DNA of 64,000 nucleotides. It comes from Eledone cirrhosa (lineage: Eukaryota). A model generated the notes under the pieces. The model ran no database searches, was not told the origin of the DNA, and worked only from the letters and a program-made list of their open reading frames with translations. Numbering within the stretch: the first letter of the stretch is position 1; every line of letters begins with the position of its first letter. Location of the stretch: positions 29,574,001 to 29,638,000 of the forward strand of contig OZ024747.1 in the NCBI GenBank assembly GCA_964016885.1, given 5' to 3'. This document shows, piece after piece, positions 52,401-64,000 of the stretch. Made by a program: the position numbers and the translations under genes.

Positions 52401-55400
52401 GAGAGATAATATTTAAAAAAATCAGGCGGAGATAATTTGTAAAAAAAATCAGGGGGAGATAATTTGTAAAAAAATCAGGGGGAGATAATTTGTAAAAAAA
52501 AATCAGGGGAGATAATTTGTAAAAAAATCAAGGGGAGATAATTTCCAGCCGTCCAAGGGGAGATAATTTTCAGCCGTCCAAGGACAGGTAATTTCTAGCC
52601 GTCCAAGGGGAGATAATTTCCCGCCAGCCAAGGAGAGATAACATTTAAAAAAATCAGGCGGAGATAATTTGTAAAAAAAATCAGTGGGAGATAATTTGTA
52701 AAAAAATCAGGGGGAGATAATTTGTAAAAAAAATCAGGGGTAGATAATTTCCAGCCGTCCAAGGGGAGATAATTTCCATCCTTCCAAGGGGAGATAATTT
52801 CCAGCCGTCCAAGGGGAGATAATTTCCCGCCAGCCAAGGAGAGATAATATTTAAAAAAATCAGGCGGAGATAATTTGTAAAAAAAATCAGGGGGAGATAA
52901 TTTGTAAAAAAATCAGGGGGAGATAATTTGTAAAAAAAAATCAGGGGAGATAATTTGTAAAAAAAATCAGGGGGAGATAATTTGTAAAAAAAAATCAGGG
53001 GTAGATAATTTGTAAAAAAAAATCAGGGGGAGATAATTTGTAAAAAAAAAATCAGGGGGAGATAATTTGTAAAAAAATCAAGGGGAGATAATTTCCAGCC
53101 GTCCAAGGGGAGATAATTTTCAGCCGTCCAAGGAGGTAATTTCTAGCCGTCCAAGGGGAGATAATTTCCAGCCGTCCAAGGGGATATAATTTTTTTTTAA
53201 AAATCAGGCGGAGATAATTTGTAAACAAAAATCAGGGGGAGATAATTTGTAAAAAAAAATCAGGGGGAGATAATTTGTAAAAAAAAATCAGGGGGAGATA
53301 ATTTGTAAAAAAAATCAAGGGGAGATAATTTCCAGCCGTCCAAGGGGAGGTAATATCTAGCCATCCAAGGGGAGATAATTTCCAGCCGTCCAAGGGGAGA
53401 TAATTTCCAGCCGTCCAAGGGGAGATAATATCCAGCCGTCCAAGGAGACATATTTTCCAGCCGTCCAAGGAGAGGTAATTTCTAGCCGTCCAAGGGGAGA
53501 TAAGTTCCAGCCTCCAAGGGGAGAAAATTTCCAGCCAGCCAAGGGGAGATAATTTGTAAAAAAATCAGGGGGAGATAATTTGTAAAAAAAAAATCAGGGG
53601 GAGATAATTTGTAAAAAAATCAGGGGGAGATAATTTGTAAAAAAAAAATCAGGGGGAGATAATTTGTAAAAAAAATCAGGGGGAGATAATTTGTAGAAAA
53701 AATCAGGGGTAGATAATTTGTAAAAAAAATCAGGGGGAGATAATTTGTAAAAAAAATCAGGGGGAGATAATTTGTAAAAAAAATCAGGGGTAGATAATTT
53801 TCAGCCGTCCAAGGGGAGATAATTTCCATCCTTCCAAGGGGAGATAATTTCCAGCCGTCCAAGGGGAGATAATTTCCCGCCAGCCAAGGAGAGATAACAT
53901 TTAAAAAAATCAGGCGGAGATAATTTGTAAAAAAAATCAGGGGGAGATAATTTGTAAAAAAATCAGGGGGAGATAATTTGTAAAAAAAATCAGGGGTAGA
54001 TAATTTCCAGCCGTCCAAGGGGAGATAATTTCCATCCTTCCAAGGGGAGATAATTTCCAGCCGTCCAAGGGGAGATAATTTCCCGCCAGCCAAGGAGAGA
54101 TAATATTTAAAAAAATCAGGCGGAGATAATTTGTAAAAAAAATCAGGGGGAGATAATTTGTAAAAAAATCAGGGGGAGATAATTTGTAAAAAAAAATCAG
54201 GGGGAGATAATTTGTAAAAAAAATCAGGGGGAGATAATTTGTAAAAAAAAATCAGGGGTAGATAATTTGTAAAAAAAAATCAGGGGGAGATAATTTGTAA
54301 AAAAAAAATCAGGGGGAGATAATTTGTAAAAAAATCAAGGGGAGATAATTTCCAGCCGTCCAAGGGGAGATAATTTTCAGCCGTCCAAGGAGAGGTAATT
54401 TCTAGCCGTCCAAGGGGAGATAATTTCCAGCCGTCCAAGGGGAGATAATTTTTTTAAAAAAATCAGGCGGAGATAATTTGTAAACAAAAATCAGGGGGAG
54501 ATAATTTGTAAAAAAAAATCAGGGGGAGATAATTTGTAAAAAAAAAATCAGGGGGTGATAATTTGTAAAAAAATCAAGGGGAGATAATTTCCAGCCGTCC
54601 AAGGGGAGATAATTTTCAGCCGTCCAAGGAGAGGTAATTTCTAGCCGTCCAAGGGGAGATAATTTCCAGCCAGCCAAGGGGAGATAATTTGTAAAAAAAT
54701 CAGGGGTAGATAATTTGTAAAAAAAAATCAGGGGGAGATAATTTGTAAAAAAAATCAGGGGGAGATAATTTGTAAAAAAATCAGGGGGAGATAATTTGTA
54801 AAAAAAATCAGGGGGAGATAATTTGTAAAAAAATCAGGGGGAGATAATTTGTAAAAAAAAAATCAGGGGGATATAATTTGTAAAAAAAACAGGGCGAGAT
54901 AATTTGTAAAAAAAATCAGGGGTAGATAATTTGTAAAAAAAATCAGGGGGAGATAATTTGTAAAAAAAATCAGGGGGAGATAATTTGTAAAAAAAATCAG
55001 GGGTAGATAATTTCCAGCCGTCCAAGGGGAGATAATTTCCATCCTTCCAAGGGGAGATAATTTCCAGCCGTCCAAGGGGAGATAATTTCCCGCCAGCCAA
55101 GGAGAGATAACATTTAAAAAAATCAGGCGGAGATAATTTGTAAAAAAAATCAAGGAGAGATAATTTGTAAAAAAATCAGGGGGAGATAATTTGTAAAAAA
55201 AATCAGGGGTAGATAATTTCCAGCCGTCCAAGGGGAGATAATTTCCATCCTTCCAAGGGGAGATAATTTCCAGCCGTCCAAGGGGAGATAATTTCCCGCC
55301 AGCCAAGGAGAGATAATATTTAAAAAAATCAGGCGGAGATAATTTGTAAAAAAAATCAGGGGGAGATAATTTGTAAAAAAATCAGGGGGAGATAATTTGT

Positions 55401-57800
55401 AAAAAAAAATCAGGGGAGATAATTTGTAAAAAAAATCAGGGGGAGATAATTTGTAAAAAAAATCAGGGGTAGATAATTTGTAAAAAAAAATCAGGGGGAG
55501 ATAATTTGTAAAAAAAAAATCAGGGGGAGATAATTTGTAAAAAAATCAAGGGGAGATAATTTCCAGCCGTCCAAGGGGAGATAATTTTCAGCCGTCCAAG
55601 GAGGTAATTTCTAGCCGTCCAAGGGGAGATAATTTCCAGCCGTCCAAGGGGAGATAATTTTTTTAAAAAAATCAGGCGGAGATAATTTGTAAACAAAAAT
55701 CAGGGGGAGATAATTTGTAAAAAAAAATCAGGGGGAGATAATTTGTAAAAAAAAATCAGGGGGAGATAATTTGTAAAAAAAATCAAGGGGAGATAATTTC
55801 CAGCCGTCCAAGGGGAGGTAATATCTAGCCATCCAAGGGGAGATAATTTCCAGCCGTCCAAGGGGAGATAATTTCCAGCCGTCCAAGGGGAGATAATATC
55901 CAGCCGTCCAAGGAGACATATTTTCCAGCCGTCCAAGGAGAGGTAATTTCTAGCCGTCCAAGGGGAGATAAGTTCCAGCCTCCAAGGGGAGATAATTTCC
56001 AGCCAGCCAAGGGGAGATAATTTGTAAAAAAATCAGGGGGAGATAATTTGTAAAAAAAAAATCAGGGGGAGATAATTTGTAAAAAAATCAGGGGGAGATA
56101 ATTTGTAAAAAAAAAATCAGGGGGAGATAATTTGTAAAAAAAATCAGGGGGAGATAATTTGTAAAAAAAATCAGGGGTAGATAATTTGTAAAAAAAATCA
56201 GGGGGAGATAATTTGTAAAAAAAATCAGGGGGAGATAATTTGTAAAAAAAATCAGGGGTAGATAATTTTCAGCCGTCCAAGGGGAGATAATTTCCATCCT
56301 TCCAAGGGGAGATAATTTCCAGCCGTCCAAGGAGAGATAATTTCCCGCCAGCCAAGGAGAGATAACATTTAAAAAAATCAGGCGGAGATAATTTGTAAAA
56401 AAAATCAGTGGGAGATAATTTGTAAAAAAATCAGGGGGAGATAATTTGTAAAAAAAATCAGGGGTAGATAATTTCCAGCCGTCCAAGGGGAGATAATTTC
56501 CATCCTTCCAAGGGGAGATAATTTCCAGCCGTCCAAGGGGAGATGATTTCCCGCCAGCCAAGGAGAGATAATATTTAAAAAAATCAGGCGGAGATAATTT
56601 GTAAAAAAAATCAGGGGGAGATAATTTGTAAAAAAAATCAGGGGGAGATAATTTGTAGAAAAAATCAGGGGTAGATAATTTGTAAAAAAAATCAGGGGGA
56701 GATAATTTGTAAAAAAAATCAGGGGGAGATAATTTGTAAAAAAAATCAGGGGTAGATAATTTTCAGCCGTCCAAGGGGAGATAATTTCCATCCTTCCAAG
56801 GGGAGATAATTTCCAGCCGTCCAAGGGGAGATAATCTCCCGCCAGCCAAGGAGAGATAACATTTAAAAAAATCAGGCGGAGATAATTTGTAAAAAAAATC
56901 AGGGGGAGATAATTTGTAAAAAAATCAGGGGGAGATAATTTGTAAAAAAAAATCAGGGGTAGATAATTTCCAGCCGTCCAAGGGGAGATAATTTCCATCC
57001 TTCCAAGGGGAGATAATTTCCAGCCGTCCAAGGGGAGATAATTTCCCGCCAGCCAAGGAGAGATAATATTTAAAAAAATCAGGCGGAGATAATTTGTAAA
57101 AAAAATCAGGGGGAGATAATTTGTAAAAAAATCAGGGGGAGATAATTTGTAAAAAAAAATCAGGGGGAGATAATTTGTAAAAAAAATCAGGGGGAGATAA
57201 TTTGTAAAAAAAATCAGGGGTAGATAATTTGTAAAAAAAAATCAGGGGGAGATAATTTGTAAAAAAAAAATCAGGGGGAGATAATTTGTAAAAAAATCAA
57301 GGGGAGATAATTTCCAGCCGTCCAAGGGGAGATAATTTTCAGCCGTCCAAGGAGAGGTAATTTCTCGCCGTCCAAGGGGAGATAATTTCCAGCCGTCCAA
57401 GGGGAGATAATTTTTTTAAAAAAATCAGGCGGAGATAATTTGTAAAAAAAAATCAGGGGGAGATAATTTGTAAAAAAAAATCAGGGGGAGATAATTTGTA
57501 AAAAAAATCAAGGGGAGATAATTTCCAGCCGTCCAAGGGGAGGTAATATCTAGCCATCCAAGGGGAGATAATTTCCAGCCGTCCAAGGGGAGATAATTTC
57601 CAGCCGTCCAAGGGGAGATAATATCCAGCCGTCCAAGGAGACATATTTTCCAGCCGTCCAAGGAGAGGTAATTTCTAGCCGTCCAAGGGGAGATAAGTTC
57701 CAGCCTCCAAGGGGAGATAATTTCCAGCCAGCCAAGGGGAGATAATTTGTAAAAAAATCAGGGGGAGATAATTTGTAAAAAAAAAATCAGGGGGAGATAA
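49013..57800 (+). repeat. Dispersed duplicate of ~9250-17800 (offset 39,759, then 39,991 after a 232-bp insertion)
   Basis: ORF offsets 9254/49013, 12274/52033, 13241/53232, 17433/57425. Shared rare variants TTACCAGCC, AGGACAGG, CAGTGGG, AAAACAGGGCGAG, TCTCGCCG. Confidence 0.85.
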
Positions 57801-59049
57801 TTTGTAAAAAAATCAGGGGGAGATAATTTGTAAAAAAAAAATCAGGGGGAGATAATTTGTAAAAAAAATCAGGGGGAGATAATTTGTAAAAAAAATCAGG
57901 GGTAGATAATTTGTAAAAAAAATCAGGGGGAGATAATTTGTAAAAAAAATCAGGGGGAGATAATTTGTAAAAAAAATCAGGGGTAGATAATTTCCAGCCG
58001 TCCAAGGGGAGATAATTTCCATCCTTCCAAGGGGAGATAATTTCCAGCCGTCCAAGGGGAGATAATTTCCCGCCAGCCAAGGAGAGATAACATTTAAAAA
58101 AATCAGGCGGAGATAATTTGTAAAAAAAATCAGGGGGAGATAATTTGTAAAAAAATCAGGGGGAGATAATTTGTAAAAAAAATCAGGGGTAGATAATTTC
58201 CAGCCGTCCAAGGGGAGATAATTTCCATCCTTCCAAGGGGAGATAATTTCCAGCCGTCCAAGGGGAGATAATTTCCCGCCAGCCAAGGAGAGATAATATT
58301 TAAAAAAATCAGGCGGAGATAATTTGTAAAAAAAATCAGGGGGAGATAATTTGTAAAAAAATCAGGGGGAGATAATTTGTAAAAAAAAATCAGGGGAGAT
58401 AATTTGTAAAAAAAATCAGGGGGAGATAATTTGTAAAAAAAATCAGGGGTAGATAATTTGTAAAAAAAAATCGGGGAGATAATTTGTAAAAAAAAAATCA
58501 GGGGGAGATAATTTGTAAAAAAATCAAGGGGAGATAATTTCCAGCCGTCCAAGGGGAGATAATTTTCAGCCGTCCAAGGAGGTAATTTCTAGCCGTCCAA
58601 GGGGAGATAATTTCCAGCCGTCCAAGGGGAGATAATTTTTTTTAAAAAATCAGGCGGAGATAATTTGTAAACAAAAATCAGGGGGAGATAATGTGTAAAA
58701 AAAAATTAGGGGGAGATAATTTGTAAAAAAAAATCATGGGGAGATAATTTGTAAAAAAATTCAGGGGTAGATAATTTCCAGCCGTCCAAGGGGAGATAAT
58801 TTCCATCCTTCCAAGGGGAGATAATTTCCAGCCGTCCAAGGGGAGATAATTTCCCGCCAGCCAAGGAGAGATAATATTTAAAAAAATCAGGCGGGGATAA
58901 TTTGTAAAAAAAATCAGGGGGAGATAATTTGTAAAAAAATCAGGGGGAGATAATTTGTAAAAAAAAATCAGGGGGAGATAATTTGTAAAAAAAAATCAGG
59001 GGGAGATAATTTGTAAAAAAAAATCAGGGGGAGATAATTTGTAAAAAAA

Positions 59050-62000
59050 ATCAAGGGGAGATAATTTCCAGCCGTCCAAGGGGAGGTAATATCTAGCCAT
59101 CCAAGGGGAGATAATTTCCAGCCGTCCAAGGGGAGATAATTTCCAGCCGTCCAAGGGGAGATAATATCCAGCCGTCCAAGGAGACATATTTTCCAGCCGT
59201 CCAAGGAGAGGTAATTTCTAGCCGTCCAAGGGGAGATAAGTTCCAGCCTCCAAGGGGAGATAATTTCCAGCCAGCCAAGGGGAGATAATTTCTAAAAAAA
59301 TCAGGGGGGAGATAATTTGTAAAAAAAATCAGGGGGAGATAATTTGAAAAAAACATCAGGGGGAGATAATTTGTAAAAAATATCAAGGGGAGATAATTTC
59401 CAGCCCTCCAAGGGGCTATAATTTCCAGCCGTGCAAGGGGAGATAATTTCCAGCCGTCCAAGGGGAGATAATTTCCATCCTTCCAAGGGGAGATAATTTC
59501 CAGCCGTCCAAGGGGAGATAATTTCCCGCCAGCCAAGGGAAGATAATTTTTTAAAAAATCAGGCGGAGATTGTAAAAAAAATCAGGGGGAGATAATTTGT
59601 AAAAAAATCAGGGGGAGATAATTTGTAAAAAAAAAATCAGGGGGAGATAATTTGTAAAAAAAAATCAGGGGGAGATAATTTGTAAAAAAAATCAGGGGGA
59701 GATAATTTGTAAAAAAAATCAGGGGTAGATAATTTGTAAAAAAAATCAGGGGGAGATAATTTGTAAAAAAAATCAGGGGGAGATAATTTGTAAAAAAAAT
59801 CAGGGGTAGATAATTTTCAGCCGTCCAAGGGGAGATAATTTCCATCCTTCCAAGGGGAGATAATTTCCAGCCGTCCAAGGGGAGATAATTTCCCGCCAGC
59901 CAAGGAGAGATAACATTTTAAAAAATCAGGCGGAGATAATTTGTTAAAAAATCAGGGGGAGATAATTTGTAAAAAAAATCAGGGGTAGATAATTTTCAGC
60001 CGTCCAAGGGGAGATAATTTCCATCCTTCCAAGGGGAGATAATTTCCAGCCGTCCAAGGGGAGATAATTTCCCGCCAGCCAAGGAGAGATAACATTTAAA
60101 AAAATCAGGGGGAGATAATTTGTAAAAAAAAATCAGGGGGAGATAATTCGTAAAAAAAAATCAGGGGGAGATAATTTGTAAAAAAAAAATCAGGGGTAGA
60201 TAATTTGTAAAAAAAAATCAGGGGGAGATAATTTGTAAAAAAAAAATCAGGGGGAGATAATTTGTAAAAAAATCAAGGGGAGATAATTTCCAGCCGTCCA
60301 AGGGGAGATAATTTTCAGCCGTCCAAGGAGAGGTAATTTCTAGCCGTCCAAGGGGAGATAATTTCCAGCCGTCCAAGGGGAGATAATTTTTAAAAAAAAA
60401 TCAGGCGGAGATAATTTGTAAACAAAAATCAGGGGGAGATAATTTGTAAAAAAAAATCAGGGGGAGATAATTTGTAAAAAAAAATCAGGGGGAGATAATT
60501 TGTAAAAAAAATCAAGGGGAGATAATTTGTAAAAAAAATCAGGGGGAGATAATTTGTAGAAAAAATCAGGGGTAGATAATTTGTAAAAAAAATCAGGAGG
60601 AGATAATTTGTAAAAAAAATCAGGGGGAGATAATTTGTAAAAAAAATCAGGGGGAGATAATTTGTAAAAAAATCAGGGGGAGATAATTTGTAAAAAAAAT
60701 CAGGGGTAGATAATTTCCAGCCGTCCAAGGGGAGATAATTTCCATCCTTCCAAGGGGAGATAATTTCCAGCCGTCCAAGGGGAGATAATTTCCCGCCAGC
60801 CAAGGAGAGATAATATTTAAAAAATCAGGCGGAGATAATTTGTAAAAAAAATCAGGGGGAGATAATTTGTAAAAAAATCAGGGGGAGATAATTTGTAAAA
60901 AAAAATCAGGGGGAGATAATTTGTAAAAAAAATCAGGGGGAGATAATTTGTAAAAAAAAATCAGGGGTAGATAATTTGTAAAAAAAAATCAGGGGGAGAT
61001 AATTTGTAAAAAAAAAATCAGGGGGAGATAATTTGTAAAAAAATCAAGGGGAGATAATTTCCAGCCGTCCAAGGGGAGATAATTTTCAGCCGTCCAAGGA
61101 GAGGTAATTTCTAGCCGTCCAAGGGGAGATAATTTCCAGCCGTCCAAGGGGAGATAATTTTTTTAAAAAAATCAGGCGGAGATAATTTGTAAGCAAAAAT
61201 CAGGGGGAGATAATTTGTAAAAAAAAATCAGGGGGAGATAATTTGTAAAAAAAAAATCAGGGGGTGATAATTTGTAAAAAAATCAAGGGGAGATAATTTC
61301 CAGCCGTCCAAGGGGAGATAATTTCCAGCCGTCCAAGGGGAGATAATATCCGGCCGTCCAAGGAGACATATTTTCCAGCCGTCCAAGGAGAGGTAATTTC
61401 TAGCCGTCCAAGGGGAGATAAGTTCCAGCCTCCAAGGGGAGATAATTTCCAGCCAGCCAAGGGGAGATAATTTGTAAAAAAATCAGGGGGAGATAATTTG
61501 TAAAAAAAAAATCAGGGGGAGATAATTTGTAAAAAAAAAATCAGGGGGTGATAATTTGTAAAAAAATCAAGGGGAGATAATTTCCAGCCGTCCAAGGGGA
61601 GATAATTTTCAGCCGTCCAAGGAGAGGTAATTTCTAGCCGTCCAAGGGGAGATAATTTCCAGCCAGCCAAGGGGAGATAATTTGTAAAAAAATCAGGGGT
61701 AGATAATTTGTAAAAAAAAATCAGGGGGAGATAATTTGTAAGAAAAATCAGGGGGAGATAATTTGTAAAAGAAATCAGGGGTAGATAATTTCCAGCCGTC
61801 CAAGGGGAGATAATTTCCATCCTTCCAAGGGGAGATAATTTCCAGCCGTCCAAGGGGAGATAATTTCCCGCCAGCCAAGGAGAGATAACATTTAAAAAAA
61901 TCAGGCGGAGATAATTTGTAAAAAAAATCAGGGGGAGATAATTTGTAAAAAAATCAGGGGGAGATAATTTGTAAAAAAAAAATCAGGGGGAGATAATTTG

Positions 62001-64000
62001 TAAAAAAAATCAGGGGGAGATAATTTGTAAAAAAAATCAGGGGTAGATAATTTGTAAAAAAAATCAGGGGGAGATAATTTGTAAAAAAAATCAGGGGGAG
62101 ATAATTTGTAAAAAAAATCAGGGGTAGATAATTTCCAGCCGTCCAAGGGGAGATAATTTCCATCCTTCCAAGGGGAGATAATTTCCAGCCGTCCAAGGGG
62201 AGATAATTTCCCGCCAGCCAAGGAGAGATAACATTTAAAAAAATCAGGCGGAGATAATTTGTAAAAAAAATCAGGGGGAGATAATTTGTAAAAAAATCAG
62301 GGGGAGATAATTTGTAAAAAAAATCAGGGGTAGATAATTTCCAGCCGTCCAAGGGGAGATAATTTCCATCCTTCCAAGGGGAGATAATTTCCAGCCGTCC
62401 AAGGGGAGATAATTTCCCGCCAGCCAAGGAGAGATAATATTTAAAAAAATCAGGCGGAGATAATTTGTAAAAAAAATCAGGGGGAGATAATTTGTAAAAA
62501 AATCAGGGGGAGATAATTTGTAAAAAAAAATCAGGGGAGATAATTTGTAAAAAAAATCAGGGGGAGATAATTTGTAAAAAAAATCAGGGGTAGATAATTT
62601 GTAAAAAAAAATCGGGGAGATAATTTGTAAAAAAAAAATCAGGGGGAGATAATTTGTAAAAAAATCAAGGGGAGATAATTTCCAGCCGTCCAAGGGGAGA
62701 TAATTTTCAGCCGTCCAAGGAGGTAATTTCTAGCCGTCCAAGGGGAGATAATTTCCAGCCGTCCAAGGGGAGATAATTTTTTTTAAAAAATCAGGCGGAG
62801 ATAATTTGTAAACAAAAATCAGGGGGAGATAATGTGTAAAAAAAAATTAGGGGGAGATAATTTGTAAAAAAAAATCATGGGGAGATAATTTGTAAAAAAA
62901 TTCAGGGGTAGATAATTTCCAGCCGTCCAAGGGGAGATAATTTCCATCCTTCCAAGGGGAGATAATTTCCAGCCGTCCAAGGGGAGATAATTTCCCGCCA
63001 GCCAAGGAGAGATAATATTTAAAAAAATCAGGCGGGGATAATTTGTAAAAAAAATCAGGGGGAGATAATTTGTAAAAAAATCAGGGGGAGATAATTTGTA
63101 AAAAAAAATCAGGGGGAGATAATTTGTAAAAAAAAATCAGGGGGAGATAATTTGTAAAAAAAAATCAGGGGGAGATAATTTGTAAAAAAAATCAAGGGGA
63201 GATAATTTCCAGCCGTCCAAGGGGAGATAATTTTCAGCCGTCCAAGGAGAGGTAAATTCTAGCCGTCCAAGGGGAGATAATTTCCAGCCGTCCAAGGGGA
63301 GATAATTTTTAAAAAAAAATCAGGCGGAGATAATTTGTAAACAAAAATCAGGGGGAGATAATTTTTAAAAAAAAATCAGGGGGAGATAATTTGTAAAAAA
63401 AAATCAGGGGGAGATAATTTGTAAAAAAAATCAAGGGGAGATAATTTCCAGCCGTCCAAGGGGAGGTAATATCTAGCCATCCAAGGGGAGATAATTTCCA
63501 GCCGTCCAAGGGGAGATAATTTCCAGCCGTCCAAGGGGAGATAATATCCAGCCGTCCAAGGAGACATATTTTCCAGCCGTCCAAGGAGAGGTAATTTCTA
63601 GCCGTCCAAGGGGAGATAAGTTCCAGCCTCCAAGGGGAGATAATTTCCAGCCAGCCAAGGGGAGATAATTTCTAAAAAAATCAGGGGGGAGATAATTTGT
63701 AAAAAAAATCAGGGGGAGATAATTTGAAAAAAACATCAGGGGGAGATAATTTGTAAAAAATATCAAGGGGAGATAATTTCCAGCCCTCCAAGGGGCTATA
63801 ATTTCCAGCCGTGCAAGGGGAGATAATTTCCAGCCGTCCAAGGGGAGATAATTTCCATCCTTCCAAGGGGAGATAATTTCCAGCCGTCCAAGGGGAGATA
63901 ATTTCCCGCCAGCCAAGGGAAGATAATTTTTTAAAAAATCAGGCGGAGATTGTAAAAAAAATCAGGGGGAGATAATTTGTAAAAAAATCAGGGGGAGATA
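59050..64000 (+). repeat. Dispersed duplicate of ~40300-45260 (offset 18,762, then 18,735)
   Basis: ORF offsets 40820/59582, 41667/60429, 42495/61257, 43193/61928, 44613/63348. Confidence 0.85.

Larger units (their letters stand above)
35892..64000 (+). repeat. Main dimorphic satellite, block 3 (~28.1 kb), open at the window's right edge
   Basis: Uninterrupted A/B monomer array; ~4.4-kb and 5.8-kb higher-order units marked by rare variants. Confidence 0.98.

Noticed and set aside
177-63916. Numerous 60-216-aa minus-strand ORFs (LPLIFFTNY / KLSPLGRLEIISPW repeats)
   Set aside because: They are direct translations of 25-29-bp monomers, mostly with non-ATG starts, and their ends are set by homopolymer length. 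The leucine periodicity is not a real LRR.
1-64000. GGAG/GGGGAG as Shine-Dalgarno sites, T-tracts after GC dyads as terminators, TATAAT as -10 boxes, AGGGG as STRE, GGAAATT as Rel half-sites
   Set aside because: These are short motifs inevitably multiplied by the repeat, with no genes or context to support regulatory calls.
1-64000. Whole window as synthetic or pure assembly artefact
   Set aside because: Nested duplications with private substitutions, an empty-site allele and mechanistically coherent junctions look biological, although individual large duplicates still need read validation.

Overview
The whole 64-kb window is non-coding tandem satellite DNA. I find no credible gene, RNA gene, transposase or CRISPR array, and every listed ORF is a translation artefact of the repeats. 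The main satellite (about 59 kb, roughly 2,200-2,300 monomers by length estimate, all head-to-tail on one strand) has two monomer types sharing the core GGGGAGATAATTT. Type A is TCAGGGGGAGATAATTTGT(A)7-10 (26-29 bp) and type B is CCAAGGGGAGATAATTTCCAGCCGT (25 bp). These are arranged in stereotyped cassettes that build a ~1.2-kb higher-order repeat, with nested duplications at offsets of ~4.4, 5.8, 6.975, 18.7, 31.9 and ~40 kb. A different T/G-rich ~20-bp satellite (CGTTTTTTATTTGGGT[G/A]CCC plus CGTTTTTTTAT(G)nTC) forms a 2.58-kb island present twice (1381-3959 and 33304-35882) inside a 31,923-bp-offset duplication. The most informative structure is the island junction. The empty-site allele is present in the same window (~12.4-12.6 kb and ~46.4-46.6 kb). 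It shows that the island replaced ~198 bp of host satellite without a target-site duplication and left a 16-bp inverted host fragment at its right end, which suggests template-switch repair. The sequence most resembles eukaryotic centromeric or heterochromatic satellite, but organism and function cannot be assigned from sequence alone. I do not see evidence for a new coding system.
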